Shown: positions 10,812 through 22,654 of the stretch, one piece after another
How positions within the stretch are numbered: position 1 is the stretch's first letter
Layout: every line of letters begins with the position of its first letter
From: Nemertoderma westbladi
Taxonomy: Eukaryota; Animalia; Xenacoelomorpha
Assembly: GCA_032718475.1 (NCBI GenBank)
Contig: JAUCBJ010001562.1
Location: 1-44,385 of the forward strand
DNA: 44,385 nt
Direction: 5' to 3'
Notes under the pieces: model-generated
What the model was told of the DNA's origin: nothing
The model's database searches: none
The model's input: the letters and a program-made list of their open reading frames with translations, nothing else
Translations under genes and position numbers: made by a program

Positions 10812-11390
10812 TCTTGGTTATGGGTTTTGGTCATTGGTTTTGGGAATTTGTTTTGGTCGTGGGTTTTGGGCATGTGTTTCGGCATGGCCTTTGGAATTTG
10901 GGCATGGGTTTTGGTAATTGGGTTTCGCATGGGTTTTGAGCATCGGTTTTGAGCTTCGGATTTGGGAATGGGTTTACGACATGGGTCTTGGGATTTGGGC
11001 ACGGGTTTTGGTTATTTTTTGGTTTTGCGCATGGGTTTTGTTCCTGGGTTTTTGGCATGGGTTTTGGACATGTGCCTGGGGATATGGCTCTCCAGTTTCG
11101 GGCATTGGTGTTCCGCATAAGTCTTGGGCTTTTGGCATTGGCATAACGTATACTCACCTCTTTAAGTTTTACTTTCATCTATATTGCATTTGTGTTGTTT
11201 TAACGAATCCATCACTGGAAAGCGCTTCTACTATTACTGTCAAAAGAGGTTGGACTCATTCCACGGGTTTTGTACCTAGGTGTTGGGCATGGGTTTCGGC
11301 ATGCCCCCTGGAATTTGAGCATGGGTCATGGGGCATTGGTTTTGGGCATGGGATTTGGGTTTTGTGCCTGTGTTTTGGGCATGGGTTTCC
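10812..11390. repeat. Degenerate G/T-rich short-period repeat (TTTTGGGCATGGG-like)
   Basis: Many variants of GGGCATGGGTTTT, interrupted at ~11145-11262 by unique sequence. Confidence 0.8.
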
Positions 11391-11640
11391 AGCAAATATA
11401 CTGCTACTTTGTCCTCACGGCTTAACCAGTTTGTCCTGGGACGAACTGAGAAACCAGCAGAGGGCAGAGTGCGTGAGCACCAGAGGGCTGGTTGGCCAAA
11501 ACTCTATCCTCAGTGGGAACCTACCCACACTCCTAGACACCACTATTGCCAGGCGAGGCAAAAGTGGCAATAGGAATAGTGCAGTACGATTGCCGAGAAG
11601 CAGAAGAAGGTAGCTTGCCAGGGGTGCCATCTACAAGGCC
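11390..11640 (+). pseudogene. Possible Penelope-like GIY-YIG endonuclease remnant
   Basis: Across a frameshift, NILLLCPHG...VLGRTEKPAEGRVREHQRA resembles the PLE pattern C..C...Y.G.T.R....R..EH. Degenerate. Confidence 0.35.
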
Positions 11641-12056
11641 AGATGTTACTGACTGTTAAATTCGTCAAATACTGGCCCTTAAGAAACCCGGTATTTTGAA
11701 AAATCGATTACAAAACCATTATTTCGAAGTGTTGACATGGTTTTTCGAAGTGTTGACTTTTTCGAAGTGTAAAATACCTCTGCATTGGAATGGAAACGAA
11801 AGATTATATGTTTTAAATTGAGGCTGCGCTTGTAATGATTCATATGTATAACTATTTGTCATAACCTATAAATAGATTTATAATCATCTTGTTCAAATAA
11901 AATACACAATGGTAATAAGTAATAGTAGTTAACAGACTTTGCCCTTTAGAATCTCCCATAAAAATTTGTCATTTAATATATTATACCCAAAGAGGGATAA
12001 TTAAACAAAGAAAATTACTGATACGTAAATAGTTGAACTGAAAAGGCGACACTTAC

Positions 12057-13345
12057 ATGGCTAACCAGGTGGAAAATAATCCAGAAAAATTGTGTCAAGG
12101 AGAATGTCGGAAAATGCCAGACAACATCTGCAAATTGACATCGTTTTACATTGTGGGGAAGGTGTTAGATGCTTCCATTAAAAGTTTTCACAGTTCAACA
12201 AAAAAGAAACCGGCTGATACATCGGATGAGCGATATCTAGGGGGGCCCTCTGTATTCAAACATTGGGCTCTAGTTGCTTATCGGCATGACATTGGGGAAG
12301 TTATTCGTGCGGAACTAGTCATGAATGAGAAAGGTGTTACTGAACCGCTGTGGACTTATCTAGGTAATTAATTATTTTATATACTGTATGTACTGTACCT
12401 TCATTTCGCTCGACTATGATAATAATTAATTACGTGATCAGTGGTACTCTTGTTAGTCATACGTTAATTAATATTTTGTAATTTTAGATTTTATTTAATA
12501 ATATATATTATGAAGAAGGTCCCATGCTGGAAAACAAAATGATAGACATTTAAATATGTAAATTAGATTCAGAAATTTCACTCTTAATAAGAATAATCTA
12601 TAGATACTATAACCTTTTCTTCGGCCCATGTGAAAAGTATACCACACTTTCTGCTTTTATTTGGTATGGTCACCCAGGGTTATGGTAAAGTCGGCAGTGA
12701 TGTCCACTGTCCAGGTGGCATCGAAAAAAAATGACTTTACTACTGGTATATATCACTACAGGGTATATAAGAAGGAAGGAGGCCTATATAGGTCCTTGAT
12801 ATGTAGGCCTACAGGTTATAAGAAATAAATAGGCGCTATAAAACACGTTTTAAATGAATGCAAAATTATTCATATTTTATACAGTTTAAAAATTCAATAA
12901 AATTTCGTCTGAAAATAAAAACTCTTCATTTTTTTCGTTTTATACTCTTACTAGGTGAAGACAAAATCCCCCACGGAGCGAAGTTGATTGCTACGAAGGA
13001 TGTTACTAATGATCAGTAGTTCAAAAATGCCGTGGAGAACAATGAAGTGAATGGGAAGAAATATCATGTAATTGACAGAAATTGTCAGGAGTGGGTCAGG
13101 GAAGTAGCTGCCTGCCTGGGTGTCGCGGATAGTATAAATGAGGCGAGAATCTCTACTAAAGTTAAAAACTTCGTGGCAGTCGGCCTTGGTATTGCCTGGT
13201 GTCTTTTAATAGCAGGCCTACCTGTCTAATTGGCGGTTTTTTTTGCTCCGGCTCTCAGTCTTTTGCCAGAAATCTTGCAGCATTGGGAAATGAATTTCTG
13301 GATGATAATGAACTTCGCAAACGTAAGAACAAAGACAGAACATAA
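12057..13345 (+). pseudogene. LRAT/PLAAT-like permuted NlpC/P60 gene, paralogue B (two exons, in-frame stop)
   Basis: Exon 1 12057-12363 (contains FKHWALVAY), phase-1 intron GTAATT...CTAG 12364-12954, exon 2 from 12955 in frame (GEDKIPHGAKLIATKDVTNDQ*FKNAVENNEVNGKKYHVIDRNCQEWV...FVAVGLGIAWCLLIAG). TAG at 13017-13019. A likely second frameshift near 13225 leads to a tail ending RKRKNKDRT* (13343-13345). Confidence 0.75.
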
Positions 13346-14149
13346 TCAACAAGTCCGTGTCGTGGTCCGACTGGTCAGGCCATAGTGAGCACGATTTGGC
13401 TGGGGTAGAAATAATCTAATCAGACTGTCAGATATGTAGGCCTACCAGTCAATTAAAATTATTAAATTAATTCTTATTAAATTCTAAATTTAATAGTAAT
13501 AGAAATGTTCCAGGTCGCTGTGGGGTTTATCTAATGTTCGTATTCGTATGCATATGATATGTAGGTATGTGTTCAATACGCTAACTGTGTCTAACCAAAA
13601 ACAATAAGCTTTATTTCAACTTCCTAAATTCCAACCTGAGTGCAGGTAGCCCAAGCACTCTGTCTATCCGCTAGTTGTCAAGGATGTGTGTTGTCACTTG
13701 GCAATAAAATGTTTGTTTGGAGAATATTTAATTTTATCTCAACTTCTAGAAATCCTGCTGTGGTGGAAAACTGTGAATTCATATTATTTGTGCATGGCGG
13801 ACAATGTTTATTCTTGAATATTAGACCATTGGTTTTTAAAAATGCAATCGGTGTATTTAGCGTTTTTTAACGATGTCCCTATGATTCATCTACATTTTTA
13901 CTATTATCTTTCACCAAGATGTTGTTTTTTTGTTTTAGCTATACTTTGAATATAACATAATGAATGTTCTACTGCAGACATGTATTTGTTTATCTCAAAA
14001 AACAATATTTAGAGTTCTATATAGTTTCCCTAATTATGTTATGAATGACTAAAAGTATCATTTAATTATATCAATAAATTGCTATGATGGCACGGCAAAG
14101 TGAAAGAGTCACTTATTCTAACCACGTACCACAATTAGCACAATTCCAT

Positions 14150-14670
14150 ACCACACCGTCATTTTAGTGTACCAATAATGACGAACCACTATGACTTGAT
14201 GCTTCAATATTACTTTCAATCGATTCAGCGATTCAGAGACCCTATACAAATGGGTTGAAATGAAAACCTTGTGGTTTTTTCTGAATATCGCAATTTTGAA
14301 AATTTGAAGAGCCACGCCCTAATTTTGGTGCACCAAAAATGATGTACCATTACACTTACGGAGTAGTAGACACCATACAAATCAGAATCAATAAAAAAAG
14401 CCCGAACAAAAATAATTACAAACTCACAAATTGACCTTGTAAAATTCAAAAATTTCAAAAAAATTATGCTTGGGACCAAATTTTGAGGTGGCACCCACAT
14501 CGAAAAGTAGAAATATAATTGAAACGCCGTTTTTGCAAAACATGCGCAATTAAATAGGACTAATTCTCGTAAAAAATTGGGCAGGTACATAATGTGTTTG
14601 CATAGATACAGCAATTAAAAACTGCGAAGGGGCCGATTTGCCCCCCCCCCCCCCCCCCCAGTGGTAATAG
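14150..14670 (-). mobile_element. Partial inverted copy of the TTAA-type non-autonomous element at 16675
   Basis: Reverse complement of ~16677-17215 (…CCCCAGTGGTAATAG versus CTATTACCACTGGGG…), visibly diverged. The terminal bases and TTAA are missing. Confidence 0.8.
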
Positions 14671-16578
14671 TAGTTACAATTATTAGGAACAGATTCCAGG
14701 AGTTTTATCACATAATCAACAGTTTGAAAGCCATTTTGTCTACTTCAACATGACCTACATATATAAAAAAAGTCGTGCATAAACCCAGATATACTGTTGC
14801 GACTATAAACTTTGATGCCCCACTGTTTTGGTTTATTTGGTAAATATTGACGCAGAATGGTACGCCCCTTGAATGGAATTATTTGTTCGTCGATCGATAT
14901 GAATTCCTCAGTTGTAAACAAAATACAAGCCTCTCGAAGAAGATCTAGAAGGGGACGAATCTCGGCTATCCTGTCATAGCCAGCATCCCGTGGATTCGTA
15001 ATTATCGTAGTATTATCTCGAAAATGTAGAAAGCGATTGACATCAAAAAAACGATTTCGAGACATGTGGTCGGCAATACCGGGGATACGAAATCCATCTT
15101 CCCAGTACATTCTGTACCGTGGAAGTCGATATATACCCATATGCAACAACAAAGCTAAGTAAGTTTCTATTTCTATTGTACTTGTTCGAAAACTAGAACC
15201 CTGCTGCACAGAGAATATATTTGTCTGTTCTACAATGAGATTAATCATTTCCCTTGAGAAGTATAAAGTAAAGTAGTCAATTGGGTCCAAAACTTTGTCT
15301 GGTATGGTATAAGATACCCCCTTCCATTCTCCTTTAGGTAATTCCTTTCTGGTATCTAAATCCACCCAAGAAAATTTATCGTTTTTAGAAGGCTTCTTAG
15401 TTATCTTTCCAGTCCTCTTACGACCTGTTCTGCTCTTAGACCCTGTCACCTTAGACCCAGTCGCTTTAGGATTCGTTTTGGCCTTAGATCGTGTACTGAT
15501 CTTTGATAAGACTAGACAACTGTCATCACTATTGGAGTCCATATTACAACTTAATTGCCCGGTATCTCTAACATTATGATCCTGGTCGTGCCCCTCGAAA
15601 CCATGAAAATCCGGAAAATTGTCATCACTGTCACAACCACTTAAAGGACCGGAATCGCTAACACTATCACTAAGGCCAGGACAGTCAAACCCCTCGAAAC
15701 CCTGAAAATCGCCATCCTCTGAGAATATTTCTGGATCGGAATCATCCGCATCCGGGAGAACAACTAACTGAGTTTCACTTCTTCCATTTCCTTTGGGACG
15801 AATAATAATGTCTCCATCCATAGGCATATTGCTGTATTGTTACGCTACACTGTACCGGTATATCTGCCCAACCAGAGAGCAACACCCTACAGCATGGGTG
15901 TAGGGCCTACCTCCAATATTCCTATAGGCCTACCTAACTGATGAAACTGATAGCTCTGTAAAACATACCGGTCAGTACCAGCAAATGGCGGTGTACCAAG
16001 ATAGGCCTATCATCTATCAGACATCATTGTTGAATGTTCGTTACACTACACAGTCCGGCGCCCGAACTAACTAGGTACTAGGCCATTTACCATCCTACTG
16101 TACTTAATTGCTGAATATTACAGTAACACAGAATGGCAATACTGCAATATAGTGCTGTAGAGCAGTAGTGTAAAAAAATCTAATCATACTGTACATGCCC
16201 AGTGGCCCATATATGCCCACCTGTTTAAACTAATCAGCTCATTCAGTGATTTGGTAATGGCCTATTGTTATTGGTTGGAAATGTTAGTGGAGATGTCAGC
16301 CAATTTGCTCATATTTTTTTCAAGAGGTGTACCATCCATTGTAGTGATTGGGAACTGTCAATATTTCAGGAAAAATATTGCCAAGAACAGCTATTATGAA
16401 GTAGCCAATATCGGGGACTTGTTGGCAATGGCAGTACTGTAAAATTACGTTTTGAGCAAATCCATGTATTTTTTTTTCTAATTAAATGCAATAGTCCCTG
16501 AATTTAAAGTTTCTTTGAATGCAATTTATACCCTAAATGTTGGTGCCCATATATGGTACTTATTTGGGATCGAAAGGG
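14671..16578 (-). mobile_element. piggyBac transposon, 3'-truncated
   Basis: Terminus TTAA|CCCTTTCGATCCC on the minus strand (GGG 16576-16578, TTAA 16579-16582). Internal direct repeats GCCCATATATG (~16205, ~16545). Transposase ORF inside. Confidence 0.85.
14745..15827 (-). pseudogene. piggyBac (PGBD-like) transposase, N-terminal half
   Basis: Acidic N-terminus, PIDYFTLYF, YW, MSRNRF...FLHF, IRPL, SIDEQIIPFKGR...RQYLPNKPKQWGIK (first catalytic D). After a frameshift, homology continues (VDYVIKLLESVPNNCNY) to the junction at 14671, just before the second catalytic D. Confidence 0.92.
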
Positions 16579-16674
16579 TTAAGACTAATTTCTTTAATTG
16601 GTGCTACAGTATAAGTGCCTTTAGAAATATATCTTTAAAAACAGTGCACGCAAGGTTAATGTCAGCGGCCTTAA

Positions 16675-18280
16675 CCCTATTACCACTGGGGGGGGGGGGG
16701 GGGGGGGAATCGGCCCCTTCCTAGTTTTTAGTTGCTGTAACTATGCAACCACATTACGTACCGGCCCAATTTTTATTGAGAATTAGTCGAGTGAGAATTA
16801 GAGAATTTAATGCCGTATCTTTTGCAAAAAACGACGTTGCAATTGGATTTCTTCTTTTCGATGAGGGTGCCACCTCAAAATTTGGTCTCCAGCACCAAAT
16901 TTTTTGAAATTTTCGAATTTTACAAAGTCATTCGTGATTTAGTAATTATTTATGTTTGGGCTATTTTTATTGGTTTGGATCACTCTAATGCTCTATACAA
17001 GTATATAAGTGTAGTGGTACGTCATTTTTGGAGCACCAAAATTAGGGCGTGGCACTTTAAAATTTCAAAATTACTTTATTCTGAAAATTTACTAAAGTTT
17101 TGATTTCGAAGCATTTTTGATTTTTGGAGCGCTGAATCGATTGAAAGTAATATAGAAACCTGAAGACTTAGTGGTTCGCCATTTTTGGTGCACCAAAATT
17201 AGGGCGTGGCACTTCAAATTTTGAAAAATATGAGATTCGGAAAATACACTAAAGTTTTGATTTGCAAAGCATTTTTATATGTTTTCTGGAGCGCTGAATC
17301 GATTGAAAGTAATATAGAAGCCTGAAGACTTAGTGGTTCGCCATTTTTGGTGCACCAAAATTAGGGTGTGGCACTTCAAATTTTGAAAAATACGAGATTC
17401 GGAAAATACACTAAAGTTTTGATTTCAAATTATTTTTATAGGTTTTCTGGAGCGCTGAATCGATTGAAAGTAATATAGAAGCCTCAAATCCTTGGTGTAC
17501 GTAATTTTCGGTGCACCAAAATTAGGGCGTGGCACTTCAAATTTTCAAAATTACTTTATTCGGAAAAAACACTAAAGTTTTGATTTCAATTTGGCTAACC
17601 TCTAAGTCTTCACAGGCTTCTCTATATTACTTTCAATCGATTCAGCGGTCTAGAAAACCTATATAAATGCGTTAAAATTTCAATTTTGGTTTATTTTCCG
17701 AATCTCGTATTTATCAAAATTTGAAGTGCCACACCCTAATTTTGGTGCACCAAAAATGGCGAACCACTAAGTCTTCAGGCTTCTATATTACTTTCAATCG
17801 ATTCAGCGCCCCAGAAAACCTATAAAGATGCGTTGAAATAAAAAATTAGGGGCATTTTCTAAAAATCTAATTTTTCTATGTGCACGACAAATAGCATCCA
17901 CATTCCATTTTTGGAAATGGAATATAATCACATTTAATTCAGCGTCTTGAAAAACCTACTAAATCTAGCCAACACTGCCTGCCACACTATTAGTTTTTAG
18001 AAAACAACAAATTTTGTAATTTTGTCCTGGAACTACTTTTATTTTTCATCAAAATTATGATACCCTGCTTATGAAATTTTAACTTTTTAAGGTTTGGTAG
18101 TGTTCATCTAGTTTTGGTAGTTGTTTCACCAACAGCCCAAATTTTGTAGGATTTCATTGGACGATTACAAAAATATAGTGGGTGGGTGTGTATAGTGGTA
18201 GTATATACTGACCTAAGATTACATAAAATTGTATTTTTCAAAATTTTGCAAAAAATCTGATTGTTTAGGGGGCCGATATA
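16675..18280. mobile_element. Non-autonomous TTAA-type (piggyBac-like) foldback element with internal ~160-bp repeats
   Basis: TTAA|CCCTATTACCACTG(n) terminus at 16671-16705. Tandem units (GCGCTGAATCGATTGAAAGTAATATAG...GCACCAAAATTAGGGCGTGGCAC) at ~17030-17590, inverted copies at ~17600-17835. Right boundary uncertain (GGGGGCCGAT remnant at ~18267). Confidence 0.75.
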
Positions 18281-18373
18281 AAGTACAGATTAAAATAGGT
18301 TTAGTTTTAGGAAATAAAAGTTCCACCAGTAAAACTTCGTCACAAGTCTCTAAATCTTCCCTATGATTAAAAG

Positions 18374-19207
18374 CTAAATCACATCGAATGTACATACACC
18401 ACCACCGTGTCTGTCCCTATCCTTACGTAAAACTACGTAATTATCAATATAAATTTCTCCATCAGAAACGCTATCATCGAGCCAAGTTTCAGAAATTGTT
18501 AAAACTGCTGGGTTGGATTTATTGATTAAAATACGAATTGCGGAAAGTTTGGGAAGCAGAGATTGTGCATTTAAATGCAAAAAATGCAGACCTTTTTTCT
18601 TAAAAAATGTAAAAGTTTCACTCTCAGCATCACTTGGAGTTTGCAGAGGCGATGTGAGGAATGAATCGTTGGTTTCTGATTCAAAAATAGTATCATGAAA
18701 GGGAAGTTCGGTAAAAATACAGCTATTGCAGAGACTTGGCTCAAGATTGTTTCTGGTGGAGAATAAATTACTGCTTTTCCTATGGTAACATTTTAAATCT
18801 ACAAATGTGTCACAACTCTCGCATTGGACGATCTTACTCCGAGAGTTTGTTCCTTGTTGACAGACGGGACAGTTGATCTTTGGGACCCGCATCCTGCTGG
18901 GTCCTGGGTTGGTCTCAATATCCCCAGCCAGAGACAGAAGACAGAGTTTGGCGATTAGGCCTCTAGTTCGTGGAGAGGAGACCCAAGATATTCTTCCCCG
19001 ACGAGAGCAGTAGAGGCTAAATCCACTCGTCAACCATATCTCCGTCGATTCGGCGCGGCAGTTCGAAACGGTAGCGACAGGGTGTTCCGCAAACCAGTCC
19101 AATACCAGTATTGGGTGGGTTGCAGGGTTACCCCACGGATCGGATGGTTCTGCCACAACGAAACGGCCCAGAACGATGAAAACTGTGGAGATTAAGAGCG
19201 GTGACAT
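18374..19207 (-). pseudogene. CR1/L2-group LINE ORF 5' part: 2A-like peptide, PHD finger and start of APE endonuclease (truncated)
   Basis: LCLLSLAGDIETNPGP; CPVC...QCESC...KC...LCNSC; HFLHLNAQSLLPK, LTISETWL, LRKDRDRHGGGV. The ORF ends abruptly after GGGV. Confidence 0.88.
18899..18925 (-). other. 2A/StopGo-like ribosome-skipping motif GDIETNPGP
   Basis: Matches the D(V/I)ExNPG|P consensus, with an upstream leucine-rich helix. Confidence 0.85.
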
Positions 19208-20163
19208 TGTGCTGTCTGGCTGTAGTCTGACTCAAAGGATAAAAACTGTATAGGCCTAGTACCGGTATCTTTCTTGGTCTTATTGTCGGCAGGCCTACAG
19301 CTCTATTATCAAAGAAATCTGTATTCTAATCACTAACTGCATGCTTGTGTATTAATTTATCTTACAAACTGAACTCTACCTACCAGTAACTTCCTAATAG
19401 TCACAGTAGAAGTCACACCCTTTTTTTGTTATAAAATATATTATTATGTAGGCCTAGGTCTGTAAGTAGGCCTACTGTACATGTAGGCCTATGTGAGATA
19501 AGCCGAGCTGTGGTTAAATTTATTAAAGCATCCAAGACAGAGAGTGATGGAAGTGAAGCGTCCTCTCCTGTCCCTCTTCAACAACCTTCTGTGTTTTTCA
19601 CAGAAAATAATTAAGTCACTGCAGGTGCGCGAAATCTATCACAATCGGCCTACGGCCAAGTAATGGCCTGCATAATATTTACGAGTCTAACTACTAATCA
19701 TTATTTACGAGATATTATAACGAGTTGGATACTAGGAATTTGCTGACTGTGCGGCAGCATAAGGCTTCCAAGCGATCGGAGTTGGATTCAGAATGGGCAG
19801 AATTGTTTAAAAGGGCATTGAGTTCTCGTTTGAATTTAGAGAATGATGTAGACAAAGACAATGATCTTGTTCTCTCGGTTATTGTTGAGCTGTCAACCAG
19901 CTAGGGAGTGATATCAGTTATGGTTAAGTGCCTGGAGTTGCGAATGCAACTGCGGCAACATGAAGATTGAATGATATGATTAGTGACTGCTTTGGCCATG
20001 TCCCACTGCCTCACTCAGACTTTTCCATGACTTCCATCTCATCATGATTCTTTCAGGCTGTTCCATTACACCACATGACTCACTCAGACTGATACATGTC
20101 AACTATACATACTTTACATGCACTATGTTTGTAATATATTCGTAATTGTACAATATATAATAA

Positions 20164-20610
20164 CTACTCTGAAAAAAGTTTCTGGTGGTTATTCATTAAA
20201 AACAACCGCTTTTGGCAGATTCAGCAGGCAGTTTCATAGTTGGTTATTAACCAAAATCGGCTGTTTATTATTTGTAAATAACCAGTTGTACTTGTAATTG
20301 TAATTGTACGATAAAATAATTTATTTTATTAAATGTTTTATTTATTTATTAAAAACACAATATTATTTCAATCAATGTAATAACCAATATTTTTTAATTG
20401 TCACCATTGTTTTTAACGAAATATACATTTTTGACAAATAATAATGGTTATGTTCCACACTATAGTTGGTTAATTGAGGAAAGTGAGATACATTATAAAA
20501 ATAGCCTGTTAAAAATATGATCATTGATTCATTTATATTTTAAACAAGGAGTTTATTTTTTTAACTGCCTGTTAATTAAAAAAAACCATCAGAAGCTTTT
20601 TTCAGAATAG
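20164..20610. mobile_element. MITE with ~28-bp TIRs (possibly CACTA/EnSpm-like)
   Basis: CTACTCTGAAAAAAGTTTCTGGTGGTTT versus the reverse complement of 20583-20610, CTATTCTGAAAAAAGCTTCTGATGGTTT (3 mismatches). AT-rich interior. Confidence 0.7.
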
Positions 20611-21150
20611 GCCTATATTATAATAACGGCGTATACATTTTGTTGTTATTGAAGGTATAAACTATATTCTATGCAATGAGTGGTAGGAAAAGACCCTACC
20701 AGCGCAAGAAGCATGTTGGTATAATTTCATATGCAACATATGTCCCCCATCTCTAAATCGAAACGGATTGTAAATCCTGGTAATTCTTCTTCATCATCAT
20801 TTCTGTCCTTGAACAGTGAAGAACAGTTATACACCAGAAGACATATATATATAGAAGAAGGCATTGGTGGCTGCAATGAACTTGTAAACTTTAATTCTAC
20901 AAACATTGAAAACTATAGTCTATTTTCTGAATCATTGCACTTTTCTCGGATAAACAGGCAAATATATTCATCCCTGATTCCTTTTGATTTACCTAATCTT
21001 TACCTTTACATTCACCTTTACATCTGGGGAAAGTTTGTTTAACGATAGTGATACATCTTTCACTAATGACTATTTATACACTGGCTCTCAATTAACTGTC
21101 TCTGATTTTAAGAATAAATTTGTCGTAATTGGGATAACGGGTTGTACTTC

Positions 21151-22535
21151 TTATTTATTTTTTTTTTTTAAATTATTTAATTCAGCACAGTTATAAAGCC
21201 ATAGAGTAAAAACTATAGCACAACCGTAAGGAATATGTAAGTACAGACATTAATAAATATGATGACTAAATATGAATATAAATGGAGTAAGATACATACA
21301 AGGCGCTGTTATTTACAATAAATATTAAAAGACTCAAACAGGGCTGAAGAAGGACGGCAACAAAACCTTACAGCACCGATCAAAGAGTTAGATGATACGA
21401 AGGGAAAGACTGCTTAATGAGTTACGATGTATTTGCACCAAAGAACGGATATTTAAATTAACAAGCATCTGGCTGGCGCTGGAAATTTCATCGGTTTCGG
21501 AGTTGTACAGTCGAATACCAAACAAGTTCCGCATGGCTCTATTTAAGGCAACACAAATCTTATTGAAATTTGAAATGGAATAAAAGCGCTGCGACCATAA
21601 AGCATTACAATAAATATTGGAGCAATAACTATTAAAAAGAACACATCAGTGGAGCAATTACTAAATTTCCTAATAAGCATATTTGCACGTCCGTAAAATT
21701 TTCTTAGCTGAGCCAAAATATCGGTGTCGTCCGAGAAGTCAGACGTCAAGATATGGCCCAGATAGGAAAACGAGTCAACCCTTTCGAGTGGCTTGCCATA
21801 TAATGAAATATTAGGACGTGTAGAAAAAGGCCGCAGCTTACTGTAGATAAACATGCACTTTGAATGCACTTTTGTGTTAAAAATCATATTATTGCGAGAA
21901 GCAAAATTACTGCAAATATCGACCAAAACTTGCAACACACAAGGATTTAATGCGATAAGACATATATCGTCAGCATAGAAAGTGTGGTTCAGACAGACAT
22001 CAAGGAGGGCACAGCCAATATTAGAACCGGACAGTTCTAAGCTGAGAGTGTCGATAAAAATGTTAAAAAAGCGAGGCGACAAATTGCTTCCATTACAGCA
22101 ATAAAATTTATCGGACGTACAACCAATCCAGAAAACTTGCATAGATTGGTTGGTATACCAGAAAATAATGATGCGTAAAATAAACAACGGAATTTTACGT
22201 TCGAAAAGGCGTCTAAAAAGAAGACCATTGTCGAACGCTTAGGAGGCATCGAGAAAGCAGAGAAAAATATTAGAGCCATGCAACAAGTAGAAATTAATTA
22301 ATTCCTTTAATGTATAAATACATGTTTCGGTTCCTACTGAGTCCTTGAAACCAAATTAGTTGTCAGGGGTAGAGAAGGTGGTCAATGCGAGATAATATTA
22401 AAAATTCGTACAATTTACTTAAAACATTGGCGGTCGCAATGGGCCTATAATTAGACTTGTCCGTGATGTCACCGGATTTATCCTTAACAATGGGCAGGAT
22501 ATTCGATGACAGCAAGGACAAAGGGATAAAACCTT
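21151..22535 (-). mobile_element. RTE-X-like LINE, 5'-truncated, decayed RT
   Basis: ILPIVKDKSGDITDKSNYRPIA (~22435-22500); FYADDICL, FNTK, FSYLGHIL...DDTDI...FYGRANMLIRKFSNCS in ORF 21543-22187. A-rich tail at ~21151-21170. Several frameshifts. Confidence 0.85.
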
Positions 22536-22654
22536 ATTATATATTGGTTTACACCTGTTACCAATTTCTATGTCAAACTGAACATGCTACATTTTAATGT
22601 TGAATATTACAGTCGGCAATATTATATGGTGTGTTAGTTAACAAGGAGTGCGAT

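Noticed and set aside
10325-11390. Multiple overlapping repetitive ORFs (G/F/W-rich, P/K-rich) and a telomere-like appearance
   Set aside because: Low-complexity repeats are open in several frames, and the unit is irregular and not a canonical telomeric repeat.
14225-17103. Similar ORFs 14225-14614 and 16810-17103 (shared VPPQNLV) as a duplicated gene
   Set aside because: The similarity is DNA-level identity between copies of a non-coding element, with no recognisable protein motif.
20675-21140. Possible CACTA-type transposase N-terminus (MSGRKRPY...LYTGSQLT)
   Set aside because: Short, frameshifted and cut by the LINE, with no diagnostic catalytic motif.
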